Made by a program: the position numbers and the translations under genes. A model generated the notes under the pieces. That model ran no database searches and was not told where the DNA came from. It saw only the letters and a list, made by a program, of their open reading frames with translations. A stretch of DNA of 64,000 nucleotides from Vicugna vicugna. Taxonomy: Eukaryota. The stretch covers positions 558,001 to 622,000 of the forward strand of contig MU058287.1 of the NCBI GenBank assembly GCA_013265495.1. The letters are read 5' to 3'. How positions within the stretch are numbered: the first letter of the stretch is position 1; every line of letters starts with the position of its first letter. Positions 39,001 through 52,512 of this stretch are shown one piece after another.

Positions 39001-40059
39001 AAAAATATATATGGACAGAGACAAAGGAGGACGTTCATTTATAAGGAAAGCAGTGTGACAGTCCCGGGTTTCCCCTGCTTTGGATATGGTCACATCAAGA
39101 GTCCACCTGGACCCCCGGACCTCTCTGGAATTAAAGCCGTGAGCTGACCTGCAACTGTGTTAGTTTTTCTCTAGCTGTCATGGAATCTGACTCAGCTTTA
39201 AATCCAACAGCTGGTTTTCAACCTGTTTTTCTTTTTAACTTGTTCTAGGTTATAGGTTCTAATATAGCCATCTGCTTTTTAGGTTTGATTTTCTTAGTCT
39301 GTTTGATCATAATGTGATTGTCGGTCTGTTGGAGAGAAAGAGGAGTGAGCAAATTTGAATCTCAACTACTTCTCTTTGGTCCATTGCTCATCAGGTCTGG
39401 CCAGTGAGTTTTCAGCTTAAATTTATACTATCTCCAGCAGTCTGAAAAGATAGTAGCCAATGGGTGAGTCAGACTTCATGCTTTGCCTACTTAATGCAGG
39501 AGAAAAGGAGTTAAGAAGCCTGGACTGTTGGTCCTCTAATTAAGCCTCTTTAATCTGAATAGAGGAAAAGTTCCAACATGTTTTCCTGACCCGGGAAACT
39601 TTCGTGTAACTGGCTACTTGAGAGTTGCTCTTCTTGAGAGTAAAGTTTCATATTTAGTGAAGAGGTAACTTATGTAAAAGTGATACTGAGATAGAAATGG
39701 TCCTAAGAAAATAAACACTACTTGGTTGCCTCACCCCCAACCCCCATCTGAAGCAGGGGAACCAAAAAAACAACAGGTTTTGTTTCCCAGAAGAGAATGG
39801 ACGGATATCATTAAAAGTTGGGTCTAACCATTATCGTTTATATTTGTAAACTACTCCTCCATTTATTTTGATTTCAAGGGACTGGATGTTTTTATTCATA
39901 TAAACCTTCTGGCAGATAAAACATTGCAACCCTTAATACTACGAAAATGGTATATCCTGCAAATCAGCTCATTTTGTGAGGGGTTAGTAAGAAGGAAGAA
40001 AGAGTGGCACTTATATCTGACAGACAGTTCCTGAACTGAAGTAATTAAGGTGTGAGGGA

Positions 40060-40485
40060 CCATGCTAGGCTGTGGGGGAAGAGTCAAAGGTAAATCATGC
40101 ACAGACCCTGCTCACAAGGGTCTGAGCCTAGGAGATACTTAGGGGAGGGAAGATGTGCAGAAATGAGGCTAGAAGGGAAGGGACCCCAGAGAACTGTGGG
40201 AACAAACCAGAGAGGTGGAAAAGTACCGAAGGGGGACAAGAATTCAGGCTCTGAGATGGAGAGGGTTGGAAGGCAAGAGTGCAAGACACAGGCAGTGGGA
40301 ACCATGGAAGGCTTTTTATCAAGTGAGAGAAATGATGAGAGCTTTTACTTCAAAGGGCTGAATCTGCCTGTTGCTTGCGTTGTTGATTTCATGGGGGAGA
40401 CTGAAGGCAGGAACCAAGAGGTAGACTGCGTTAATCCAACAAGGTGAGGTGAACTCCTGACCTGGAGGGTGGCTGGAGAAGTGCG
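40060..40485 (-). mobile_element. L2 fragment
   Basis: cagtgggaaccatggaaggctttttatcaag...gagactgaaggcaggaacc...gttaatccaac. Confidence 0.6.
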
Positions 40486-40492
40486 AGTAGGG

Positions 40493-41490
40493 TGATGCCC
40501 AAGTTTATATCTGCATCTCTGCCCTCTCCTTGTGCTCCAGGCTCAAATAGACAAGTGCCTATTTCACAGGTCTGTTCCAGTTCTTAAGGGGCATCTCACA
40601 GGTAACGGGTCTAAACAGAATCCTTTATTTTGCCCTCCAAACTGGTTTTTCCCTTGACTTCCTCCATTTCACCAAATGATACCTCCAACCACTCTCTTAT
40701 TCTAGACAAAAATCTAAAAGTCATCCGTGGGGTTTTCCCTTTCTTGTTGACATTGATCTATCAACTTGTTCTGCCCATTTTTCTTCCAAAATGTATCTCA
40801 TGTGCACTCACTTCTCCCTCTCTCTACTGCCACAGTCCAAGCCCTGGCCACTCCTCGCATGGACCACTGCAGTGAGCTGGGGCTGGTGTCCTGCTTCTGT
40901 TCTTAGCCTTCTGCAAGTCATTTTCCACATAATAGCTAACGTAATTTTTTAAAAACATAAATCATGTCATTTCCTTACTCAGAACCTTCCTATGTCTTTC
41001 CATTGCATTTAGAATGAAATCCAGATTTCACCCTGCGGCTGTATGATCCCTGACCCCTCCCATCTCCCTGGCCCACCTCTCCCCCCCAGCCCTGCCTCCC
41101 TCCACAGCTTCACTCCCTTTTTAGTTATCACACAAGCTTGGCTCACTCTTACCTGTGGCCTTGGCATTTGCTGCTCCCTGTTAGCCCAGGGCATCTGGGA
41201 CCCTCTCCCCCTGGCTCTTTCCAAATCTGGTTCTTTGCTTCCAGTTCCCCTCATTATCCCTTAAACAGGGACCTCTCCTGCCCACCCCTCAGTCACACTT
41301 CTCTGCTCTTTCATTGCACTTATCACTCAGATTATCATGTGTGTTTGTTTGTGTGTGTGTGTGTTTATTTGTTCATTGTCTCCTTTCACTAGGACCTAAG
41401 TTCCGGGAGCTGAGGACTTATCTGTCTTGTTCCCCAATGTGTCTCCTTATTCCTAGATATGCCTGACACAAAAATGGTGAAATAAATGAA
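40493..41490 (+). mobile_element. L2 LINE 3' region
   Basis: cccaagtttatatctgcatctc...ggcatctcac...cttccaaaatgtatctc...ccttactcagaaccttcc...gcctgacac...aataaatgaa. Confidence 0.85.
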
Positions 41491-42764
41491 CAGCTCTGTT
41501 TGGCCAGATTGTAAATTAGTAGAGTGGTAGGAACTGATCAGAAAGTTTAGTAGCATCCAAGAAATGCAGAGTTGTTTAAACTGATTCTTGAGTATTTACC
41601 TCCAATCTCTGAATAGCTTGCTTACGTGGCTAATTATTGATTGTTCAGCTTGACACATCAGTACTGACCTCACAGTATGAAAATTAAAGACATAGCTTCC
41701 TTTTTCACACCTCCTCTCACCCCTGCCCCCACCCCAATCACGCATTTCCCATCCTCCCACATTCTCATCTTCTTAACATTGTTGCTGTACATTGGATCAG
41801 ATCAGTATTCCTTATAACTGCGTAAGAGCTGATGACAGCTAAGCCTCGAGGTAACCTGTTACTACTTTTTCCTTCCTGCAGAGTTTTTGCTTTCCCTGTT
41901 TGTGCTTTTGCTTGCTAAGGGTCCTATATACTCATCCCCAAACCTTTCCCCAGTGACACGGGTCTCTTCTCAGTATGTCCAGACAATTTTGTTATCCTTT
42001 CAAGTTCTTCTTTGAGAAGTTTATCTGAGGTCTTTGTTCTGTTCCAATTTAGACGGTGTTTCCTCTAAGCCTGCTGCCCAGCTGTTGCGCTGGGATCTCT
42101 TTTCATATCATCCCGGGGATTCCTTCCACTTCCCTCTTATGTTGGATCTCCACATAGCTGGAGCCATGTCTGATTTCTTTCTGCAGCTAGTTCCTTATTT
42201 TGGCAGAGCACCCAGATAGCATCTTGAGAAAAGCTCATGGGGCTTTTTCTTTTCTTTTCTTTTTTGAGACCTTGTATTTGAAACTGCCTGTTTTTCTGGC
42301 TTCCTACTTAGTTAGCAATTTGGCTGGGTCATAAGGTTGAGCAAACTTGCTGTATATGCACAAACACCCACCATCACTTATTATTCATCACAATTAACAT
42401 TTTCTCTCTCTTTATCCATAAGACTAGTTTTTTGTTTTTTTTTTTCAGTAGTTTAGCAAATAGTTCTTAATTAATTTCAAAAGATTTTCTTGGATGATTG
42501 TCACACAAGAACTCAGTTTTGACCTTTTTTTGTTGTTATGGTTTAAAGACATTTTATGAGCATTTAAAAGTTTTATAGCTGAACAGAATAGGTTAATTAA
42601 AATACGTTTACTGTGATAGTAATCTGCTGCTGGTTTTTTTTTAAAGGATTCATGTTTAAGATCTGTATAGAATAACTAATTTTCCTGTATTTTGTGCATG
42701 TTATTTAAGGGTGTGTCATCCTCATGGGATACTGGTCTGGCTAGGGTATTACAACTGAAAGTTG

Positions 42765-42915
42765 GTACTTCACAGACTTACCTGATTCTGAGAATTACCT
42801 AATATGCTTGCTAAAAATACTCATTTCTGGGCTCCATATTCTAGGCCAGTAAAGTCAGAATCTTTTGGAGAGGGACCTCAGAATCTGGGTTTTCAACAAG
42901 TATTACAGAAGATTC
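42765..42915. mobile_element. hAT-Charlie MITE, MER5-like
   Basis: gaattacctaatatgcttgctaaaaatactcatttctgggctcc...tcagaatcttttggagagggacctcagaatctgggttttcaacaag. Confidence 0.7.
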
Positions 42916-44445
42916 TTGAAGTGAGAAATCTCTGGAGATTAGCAGTATTTAGAGGGTGGCTTCGCATGACGATTTCTCTTCATTAACAACGCGCGTATCT
43001 TCCTTTGACTGGAGGTAGAAATTACAAACTGTCCAGTTCAAAACACTAATGTTCTGTACCCAGTGCCTTGATGAATTTGGTCATTAATATGTCTTGTTCA
43101 CGAGCAAGTACTCCCATTGCCAAGAACAATTTTGGCACAATCTCATTGCCAGGAAATTTTTTGCTCTTACGTACGTTTTATTAATATTATAAGCTGCAAA
43201 ATAATTCATTTCCCGCAGTCACGTTTGAGCTAAATGCAGTTCCATTCAAAGGGAAAGAGTTTCAGTAGAAGGGCAATTACTGTTTAAGGAAAAGGCACAG
43301 AATTTCAACTCTGTGGACTTTTCAGGAAGACCCCCTGTGAACTTCATCTGAGGTAGCTGCCTGCTAATTACTTATCGAGGAACCAAAGTCAAAAGAACAG
43401 GGCGCTCGATGAAAACAGGTGTTTAATAATGAGTGGGAGGAACTGTAAGAAAGATTTCAGTAAAACATATTTCTAAAAAGGAGGCCGGGCCCTTTTCTCT
43501 TTCAGAAATGTGGGCAGCAAATTGTCAAAACTCCAAAAGGAAGCAATCATTTATGTAAAAATTCTTTTCATATGTTCCTTTTTGGAAACGTTTGCCTTTT
43601 TATTTTTGCCTCAGTGCTTTCCGGGGTCTTTCCTTTCAGTAGTGTGCCTGTTGGCAGTACATCACCCACTGTGGGGTCAACTCCAGGCAGTTTTAATTGG
43701 GATCTTTTAAAACAGTCTCTCAGCCTCTCTGAGGAAGGCCAGCGTTGTTTGTCCAAGGTGTTCTGAGCAAGGCCTTGGACCTTCCTTCCAGAATAAAAAC
43801 GTTTCTGACAACAGCTGGGTAGCCCCACAGGACTGAGAAGGACAATTTCAGTTCGCTGTTGCCAATTCCATCTATTCAAAGCGATTTTGTGTTTTTCAAG
43901 ATCTCTTCTACATCTGTAAAGTTAACTTGTGCTGACCTGCCCATCTGTCTGGGGACGAGCCGGCTGAGGATGGAAACTTGGAAGAAGGCAGAACGAGTTA
44001 ACGGGGCTCATGTCGAACGTTCCTGCAGGCCCAGCTGAGCTGTGTTTCATTTTCCTAAAGTCTCCTGAAACGGAATTGTATACATATGTGCGCAACTGGT
44101 GTTCTGTCTCTTGGAAAGTATTTGGCTGCCAGTTCTTTGAAAGAAAACACAAAAAGGATAAAATCAAACTTGAGATTTTAAAAAAGAATCTAGAGCTGTG
44201 CCCTTTTAGAAAACCGAACCCCCTTTAGTCATCCAACCGCAGAATGTCAGAACACGTTATACCTCATTTTTCAAATGACGGTGTTTTAATTTACAAAGGC
44301 ATCATAACGTCAGCAGAGCACAGAAGCCTTGGAAGAAGCTCCCTCTCCCCTCTTAGGTGGGGAGAGGTAGAGGTGAGGTTGAAAGCCGTGGGACGTTTTC
44401 TCTGCCTTCGTTGTATGAATAAGTAGCTTTATAGACAATAGTAAA

Positions 44446-44835
44446 TGTACTTAGTTTGCGAGGGCTGCCATAACAAATTACCACAGACTGGGTGGCTCAA
44501 ACAGCCGAAATTCATTTTCTCACAGTTTTGGAATCCAAGAACTTAGAACTTAGAGGTCCAAGATCAAGGCTTGTTTTCTTCTGAGGCGTCTCCGTGGCTT
44601 GAGGATGCCACCTTCTCCCTGTGTGGTCTTTCCTCTGTGCCCACGCACACCCACGTCCAAACTTCATCTTCTTATAAGGACACCAGCCCTTCTGGATTAG
44701 GGCCCACCCATAGGACCTCACTTTCCCTTAATTACCTCGCTAAAGGCCATATCCAGTACAGTCACACTCTGAAGTACCTGGAGTTAAGACTTCAGCATAC
44801 GAATTTGGAGGGGGGACACAATTCAACCCATGACA
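44446..44835 (-). mobile_element. MaLR solo LTR (MLT1A/B-like)
   Basis: tgtacttagtttgcgagggctgccataacaaattaccacagactgggtggc...cttataaggacacc...gggggacacaattcaacccatgaca. Confidence 0.9.
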
Positions 44836-47404
44836 GTGTCCTTAAAAGATGTTGACAAACTGGGATCCATTCACCATGGCCCATAAGCACACTGGATCCA
44901 TTGTCTTTATTCTGGTTTCTTCATTTCCACTCCTCAACAGATTATAGCCTCTTCCCTGCTCACCTTCAACGGTGCCACATGCTCTGTAGAGACGACTTGA
45001 GTAAGAGGATGCGCTGGTGATGTTTCAGCCATGACAACCAACCAGTGTCCCTAGGCAGTGCCACTCAAGAAGTAAAGCATAGAATATAAAGAGTATATAG
45101 AGTAAAAAAAAAAAAAAGAAGTATATAGGGTCAGATTGGAAAATAGTCTTAACGAACATTGTATTTCTGCTAAAAGAAATAATGACCAGTGTCTTGTGAT
45201 CGGAACACCAAATTGATTTGAGTAATGCTGAGAGCGGGGGAAAAAAGCTTATCAAGATTCTCATTCTAGTGTGGTCAGCAGCTGAACGCATGCTACCTGA
45301 CTAGTTTTATGATCTTCTTTGAGGGCGTCTATTTAGAGAAATGTCTTGTTCCCAGATGTCACTCCATGTATATTTTTTCTTTTCAGTATTTGATTTTTCT
45401 TACTTTGTATGCTTTCATTGTCTTAGATGTGTTTGCTATCCAGCAGAATGACATGTCTCTTCACAAAGAGCTGCTAAAATAAGAAAGACAATGAATAGGG
45501 ATGCTAAAGAAAGATAGTGTTTAAACACCTGTCAAAGTAAAACCAGAACAAGAATGTTCTTACCAGAAAATGTAGCAGCCCCATTGTGTCGGGTTAGAAA
45601 TCCAAAGATGATACATATGTGACTAAACACCTTTGTATCATGTCCCATACACACTGCAAAATACCAGAAGGCTTTCATTGATACCTCCTTATCTTTTGTT
45701 AAGTTTCACAGGACACTCTTCATTGAGATGGACAGTTTGGGTGCACTTGCTCATCTTGTCACAAACCATGAAGATAATGCTTCAGAAGTACACTCAACTC
45801 TTTGAAGTTCAAAATCCCTTAATTTAAGTGGAATAGGTCCCTCAAGCCAGTTAAGCACACAAGTAAGATATGGGTGCATCTGAATCTAGCAATCCTAGGT
45901 CCTCTCTTAAAAGGATTTAAAACTCTCCAGTAACCTCAAAAATTATTTAATTTTTTAAGGCATCTTTTGGACCAGGGGTTTCCTAAAAGTTAGATCTTCA
46001 GATGGCTGAGATAGAAAACATTGCCAAAAAAGCTGCATGCAAGACCCAATTCTTTTGGGTCTTGATCTGAGTCCAAATAGTGATGGGCTGGGGGTGGGGG
46101 TGGGGGACTTTTAGCCAAGCCTCCATCCCTATTAGTTGTGACTGTCACTTTCATCTTTTAAGGCATTTTGCAGATTAGAATCTGCTGAACACTCAATCTA
46201 AGAAAGGTTAAAAGTCACAGAACATTAGTGTTCTTTCAAGTGAGAATACTTCACGTGGATCCAAGACCCTGATGTTTCAGATGCAAAATTCAGTATCCTA
46301 AGGCTTAGAAATGCAGTCTTATTATACAATGAAAATAATGGATAAGGATTTAATTAATAATTACTTATGGTTTTGCAGTACCAGTCCAACTTTATTTTTA
46401 TTGCTAGGGACCTAGTCCTAGGGGCAAAGAAAAAGAGCCCAAGATTCCTGGTAGATCTGAAAAAGAGAAGGGTGCAGAATAAACAGAGGCTTCCTTTGCA
46501 ATGATTTCTCAGCCAGTCCAGCAGGTAACAATTCCCAGTAAACAGGAGTGCTTCAGGACTTCGCCGCTTATGTTGAGCATGAAAGTGACCTTAACTGCAA
46601 AGGATCTGAGGTTAACAGAGTCACAAGACAGAACTTTTTTTTCCTCTTTAGATTTTGACATTAGTCATATTTGGAAACAGGAGTAAAATGCAACTTCCTG
46701 TGTTTGGCAGCTATAGCAGAAAGAAAAAAGGGAAAAATACAAACAAAACAAAAGCACTAGAAGCAATGGTAGCTTGTAGCCCAGCTAGATTGTAGACAGT
46801 TTTATAACTAAATTTTCGATGTGAATCACTAAGTATTTTTTTAACCAAGTAAGCAACCAGCCTTCTGAATAAAATAGATTGTCTTTTTTTAACATTACTT
46901 TTTTTTTTTTGCAGGTATAAGTGTAAAAAATAAAAAGTGCAACTTTCTAGCTGGTGGGAGATAGAGCCGAGTTCAGGTCTAGCTACTCTCTCCAATCCTT
47001 GTAGGTGATGTTGACCTTCTTGCTTCGTTCCTTCCCTTAGTCCAGGGCATTCCTGCTGTAGGATGATGGGGATCTCCCTTAAGTGCTAGTTGGTCTCAGC
47101 AGCTCCCAGCAATTGTCTTAAGAACAGTGGAGAACACACGTGGCTCCAGGTTGGAGTCTGTTTTGCTGGGGGTGGGGGGGTGGGGGGGGTGTTTTTGTTT
47201 TCCTGAAGCTCTTTGGAAGACCAGGAAAATAGCTTTCAAAGAAATTTCAGTACCCCTGTTGCTCCAGATTAGAAATAATCAATCCATTTCTATCATTTAT
47301 TCTCTCCAAACCTTTTACTAAAAGCCTCCTTCCCACTTGCTTAGAAGTGGGAAGCGCTGACCTTTCTTGAACATTGGTATGACCCCTCACCTAGATTCTT
47401 TCCG

Positions 47405-47560
47405 TTACCCTAGCAACGACCCAAATGGTAAATTGTATTATCCCTTCCTGTGGATGAGGCAAAGACTCTGAAAGGTTGAAGGACTTTTCCAAGTTTTCCA
47501 GCTAGGATGTGAAGGAAAGATGATTCAGTTAAAGTCTTTTTGGCCCCAAAGCCCTTGTTT
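47405..47560 (-). mobile_element. MIR SINE
   Basis: tattatcccttcctgtggatgaggcaaagactctgaaaggttgaaggacttttccaag...cagctag. Confidence 0.65.
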
Positions 47561-49380
47561 TTCCTCTACGGTACTCACAGTTCTGTGTTTTTACTCACAT
47601 GACTGTTATTTTTTTTTAAGCATATAAATAGTGTTACCTGGGTGCCAAATAAGCTAAAGAATTAAAACAAAACATTTTCTTATTTCTCTGGAGATTTTAA
47701 TATAGAGCAGCATGTCAGCCATCTCTCCATTTGTGTTGGCCCCCATTAAGATAGTGGTGTAATAGGAGAGAGTCGATACTCAACTAAAAGTTGAGATAGG
47801 AGAGGCGGTGCTTTCTGTTTCGACTGAGCACAAAGTACCTGGTTGCTGGTCTTGGAAGTGATTCTCGTAACTGAGATGTTGCACTGTGCAGTCAGATATT
47901 TGCCCCCAGAGGACTCTGTCATTCTACCAGTTTCTGATGTATTTAGTGAACTGAAAGTATGAAGTAGCAACGCAGAGCTCAACATCCTTCATGATGTTAT
48001 CTTATGGAAGAATCTGATTGAAGGTTAAAAATACGGTTTCATGATTTTCTAAACGGTTTCCTAGTTTTCTGAGAGATTCAAGTTCTCACGTGTAATGCTG
48101 AAAAGAGTGGAAAAAATGAAAGCAGTTGGGTTTAGTTCCAATTTAGTGAGAGAGTTAACCTTCCCTAGTTTCTTTACCTTGAAAGTGAGTTGCCTCTGAC
48201 TTACCCAGTTAGGAGAAAGAAGGCGGAGACTGAAGACAAGTCTGAGATGCCTGATGTGCTTAGAGTGTTTAGAGAAGGAAGGAGGCGACGTCAGAGTGGT
48301 CGCCTCTTAAAAGAGGCAAAGAATGGGTAGTTTCTTAAAAAAAAAAAAAAGGAGGTAGTAATTTTCACCATTCATCGCTGTGTGGAAATAGAAAGGTCTT
48401 AAAAGATTATTTTCCTATCTAAATGATTTCAACTGTGTTTTCAGGGATCTACCTTTGCTGATTGTCTTTTAAACTTGTTTAAAATGATCCAGTAAGTAGC
48501 AATTGTTTGTTCACCTGAAACGTTTGTCACCAACGTGTGTACCATTCTTCTGAGGGGTAATCATCCTTCCTGCTGGCTTTGATATTGTCTCAATTTACAA
48601 CTTTAGTGTTTGTTATATTATCTTTCAAAATATTTGGAATGCTGCAGGAAGGCACTGTTGGAAACAATTTCCTCTGTGTGAAAAGTCGAAAGACCTGCTA
48701 AAATAAATCATAGCCAAGATAGGCCAGGCCGTGTAAATTATTGCCAAGCATTTGTCCATGACTTAGTTATTCATTTTGTAAATGTTTATGAACCAATTTC
48801 TGTGGCTTACATACAGGGTGGGGGGCATCACCGGGAATAAAACCCTTCCGGTCTCTGTCCTCATGGGACTCCTGATACGGTAGAGGGGATTATTAATTTT
48901 TCTTCATATACTTACTCCTTGAAGAGGCAGTCTTTCCCCCTCTACTCACTTAATAAGAACAATTAAAAATAATGTTACTGCTTCTGGAAAAGTCAATGAG
49001 TTGTGACTGGCTACTTCTGAAGCTCAATTATGGGCTTTCTTCATCATTCTGGTACACATTCAACATTCCTTCAAGCCAGTATTGAAATTTTTAATAAAAA
49101 TGATATCAGAAAAGAATTTTGGAATAAGCGTGTTGGCTTGATGGTGCCCTAATTGGATTCAGAGCCTTTCAGTGTGGTTTTGTACCCAGCTCCTGCTGGT
49201 ACAGCCCGTTCTCTGGAATGTTTGCTTGACACACATGTCATTTTCAAGAAAGAAACCAAAATAGAACATCTCTTAAGTGGGATATCTTTAGTGACTATAT
49301 TGGAGAAAAAAATTAAAATCAACCTAAAGGCATCATTACTGTAAAATTTTCTTTTAAAAAAAACGACTGATGGAATCGTT

Positions 49381-49430
49381 TCTCTTTCACTCTCTCTCTT
49401 GCTCGCTCTCTCTCTCTCCCCCCACCCCCC
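49381..49430. repeat. Imperfect (CT)n plus C-run
   Basis: tctctttcactctctctcttgctcgctctctctctctcccccacccccc. Confidence 0.8.
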
Positions 49431-49759
49431 GTCCTTCCATCTCTAGAGAATTAGGTGTACAAACTAAGGAATGTTAATCCTTTCTTTTCAGTGACCTTTA
49501 ATCATTTCCCGCTTAATTGAGATAGGGTGTTTCCACCTTTTAAGCAATGTTATGAAACTAGACAAAATCTCTGTATGCTTAAACAGTATTATCCTGGATT
49601 TTAACTCCGAACTTGGAGACCATTTCATGCCATGCCCATCAAGAGAACTAACGCTCCCTGGCCTCACTGCGAGCCCACGTCCCCTGTGCTCTGAGTACCT
49701 GCCATATTTGGGTATCAGAATGGATGGTTGCCAGGATGACATCAGCCCCCATCATAGTC

Positions 49760-50950
49760 CAGAAGCCTCCTAAGGGCGGAGATCAATCCATCTTTGCTCA
49801 CTATCATAGCCCCAGTGCATTAGCTTGTCTATTGTAGTTACTCAATAAATTCATTAGGAGTGGATGACTCCATTCCGCCATAAGCAGATTTTCCTACATC
49901 CTCATCTTTTCCAGGACTTCTCCTTCATTCTCTGTCTCATTTTGGCTGAAGCCCACCTCTCCTTGGCTGCTCTCCCCTGTTGAGAGAGGCTCAGTTTTCC
50001 TCCCCGCCTCGCTGTTGACCTTCGATCCACTCCTGATAGCTCTTCCTGCCTGTTTTGCTTCCACTGTTGTGTGGATTCTCATCTGAAAGGCACGCCATCC
50101 TGCTGAGCTGCTCTTCCCATCTTGCTGCCGCTGTCATTTCCTGCCTTCCTGGTGACTTCCTCATACTCCCCGCGTGAGGCTCAGGCTCTGCTTCTCCACC
50201 CAAGCCTGGCCGTGATCCTGAGGGCACTCGGTTCCCATGTGTTACTCTGTTCTCTCCTGGATCTTTGCTTTCTCCCTCCCTCCAGCCTCTTTCTTCTTAG
50301 CCCATAAACATGCTTGAGTGACCCCCCCCACTACGCTTTGTGCATTTAAAACAAATAAATAAACTTTTCCCTTTATCTTATGTTCTTAGTACAGAGTCTA
50401 AGGTGTTTTTTTTTAATTGAGTAAAGGCTGCTGCCTCCTTCATGTGATCATTCCCTAAGAGGTGTTCCCTAACTTACCTGTGCTTTTATTCAGAAGACCA
50501 CCCCAAATAACTTCAACTGTGACTTCTTGCTGCTGTGCCAATGATGTATTTCTGATTGTCTGCAGACACTGTCCCCTGAATGTCCGTGGTGCCTGAACAC
50601 AAGTCGTGGGTCTTTTCTCCAAGTCCTCATCTCTTCTTGACATCCATCACGTCCTCGAAGAGGTCCCCCCTTGGAGTTGCCTGTGACTTCTCCAAGCAGC
50701 CCTTTGGTCTCCTTACTTCTTCCTTCTCAATGTCTCTTGGATCTAGTCATCACTTCCAATCCATTTTCACTGCGCCTGTCCAAGTTCAGGTGCCTGGGTT
50801 GTCACCGCCACTTCTTAACTGAATGACAGAGATATAAATCTGAGTGCCTTGGGGTCTCTTTATGACTAATTGACGTAATTCTCCCAGCATTCTGCCTCCA
50901 TTGCAGGAGTCTTCAGCTTCTATCTCCCAGTGTCCTGCGCCTCATTGTAT
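49760..50950 (+). mobile_element. Decayed L2 fragments
   Basis: L2 tail (tttgctcactatcatagccccagtgc...tcaataaat) followed by pyrimidine-rich L2-like internal sequence. Confidence 0.5.
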
Positions 50951-52319
50951 AAGGCTGTAGGTTTCATTTCTGCCTTGCGGAGGATAGTCCAGAATTGTAC
51001 ACGTGGCCACCAGTGTCCTTACAGAACGTGATGTGACTGCCAGGCTGACTGTAGGACCGCAGAGAGAGTCAGTCCCATCATACATAGATTCTCCTGGATC
51101 TTTTGACCCAAAGATATTGGTTCAGATTGAATGTGTTATTTTAATATTACTCCTGTTACAGTCATCCTCTATGATGAAATTCTTCTTAATTTTGTTTGGG
51201 GCAGAATGTCACTACTCACTTCAAAATCAAGAGATACCGTGTGATTTGATTACGATTTATATACAAGGTCTGCCAGCTTCTCTCCTGAAGTTTCAGCCCC
51301 ACGTACACGCTCAGCATAGATCGAGGGGTTGCTGTCTTCCCACAGCGGTGAAATTCTCTCTCAGTTGGTAGCTTGTCCACTGGAGGTGTGTCAGCTTTTC
51401 CTCCCTTAGCTCAGGCACAGCCCACCCTCTGCACATCGTGACCTGCTCCCCACCCCGGATTCTGAGTGTTGTTGTGGGAGATGGCTAGGGAAGGGAAGGA
51501 AGGTACGAAGTTAGTTCCTTTCTTGTTTCTCTGCAACATACTTCTTGCTGTTCCTAAACACAGCCACCATATCTGTTACCAGAACCCTTTGTTTATAGCA
51601 ATATCAGTGATCTATGAAACTTAAAATGCTTTTGTTTACATTACAATTGATTTTCCATTGACGGGGTGACCCTTTCCCTCTTTAATTAGGCTTTCTTTAA
51701 ACTCTAAGGATGAGTGGCATTGTTTAATCTGTTAAATATCCTGTAGCAAGTCTAGGGGATATTGTTCACGTCAGTGCGTCAGGATGTCCTACAGCTGCAC
51801 AAACACACTCGTTCCGCGGGCCTATTGGCCACAGGTTTAAACTCTGAAATTCTCTGTCTGTGTTTGCAAGACAGATGGAAGTCTTTAGGAGCTTTTCCCT
51901 TTGGGGGTTTAAAAATAATGGCTGCCTCCATTAGAAAAACAAGTGTAAAAAAAAAACTGATGGTATCAAATTTCTAAATTGAACACTACATTAAATAAGG
52001 ATTCTGTGCAATCAAATCACCATAGTCAATGTAAGTGAAGAATCTACATTGCCTGCAACCAGTGTGAACTTAACTGTCATGACAGTGGGCCTTATTCTGG
52101 GGGTTAGAACAGTATCTGCCCTAACTCTTTGGATTAGTCCAAGGAAGTGGGTGGGCATAGAACTGAGTTATCATTCATTAGCCTTGTTTTTTTTTAATTG
52201 CGTATAGTTGATTTACAATGTTGTCACTAGGTTTTGTCTCCTTAAAATTTGGCCCTATTCCCACCCGCAATCCCCTGACCCATTTTGTGCAAGGGATACT
52301 CAGGAAGCAAACTACTTGA

Positions 52320-52505
52320 GTTTAAATCCCACAAACAGCTGTGTGACCTTGGGTAAGCTGCTTGGTCTCTCTGGGCTTCATTTCTAAAATGGAAGTAGTA
52401 ATAGCAGCTACTTCATAGGGTTGTGGTAACAATGAGGCAATATCCATAAAGCTCTTAGAGCAGGTCTTAATGTGACATATAAAACTGATAAACTCAGCAT
52501 CAAGC
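52320..52505 (+). mobile_element. MIR SINE
   Basis: agctgtgtgaccttgggtaagctgctt...ctctctgggcttcatttctaaaatgg...cttcatagggttgtgg. Confidence 0.85.
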
Positions 52506-52512
52506 AGTATGA

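Noticed and set aside
48301..48318. Small hairpin gcctctt-aa-aagaggc, and AT-rich palindromes near 61127-61160
   Set aside because: Short stems expected by chance; no terminator or RNA-gene context in a mammalian intron.
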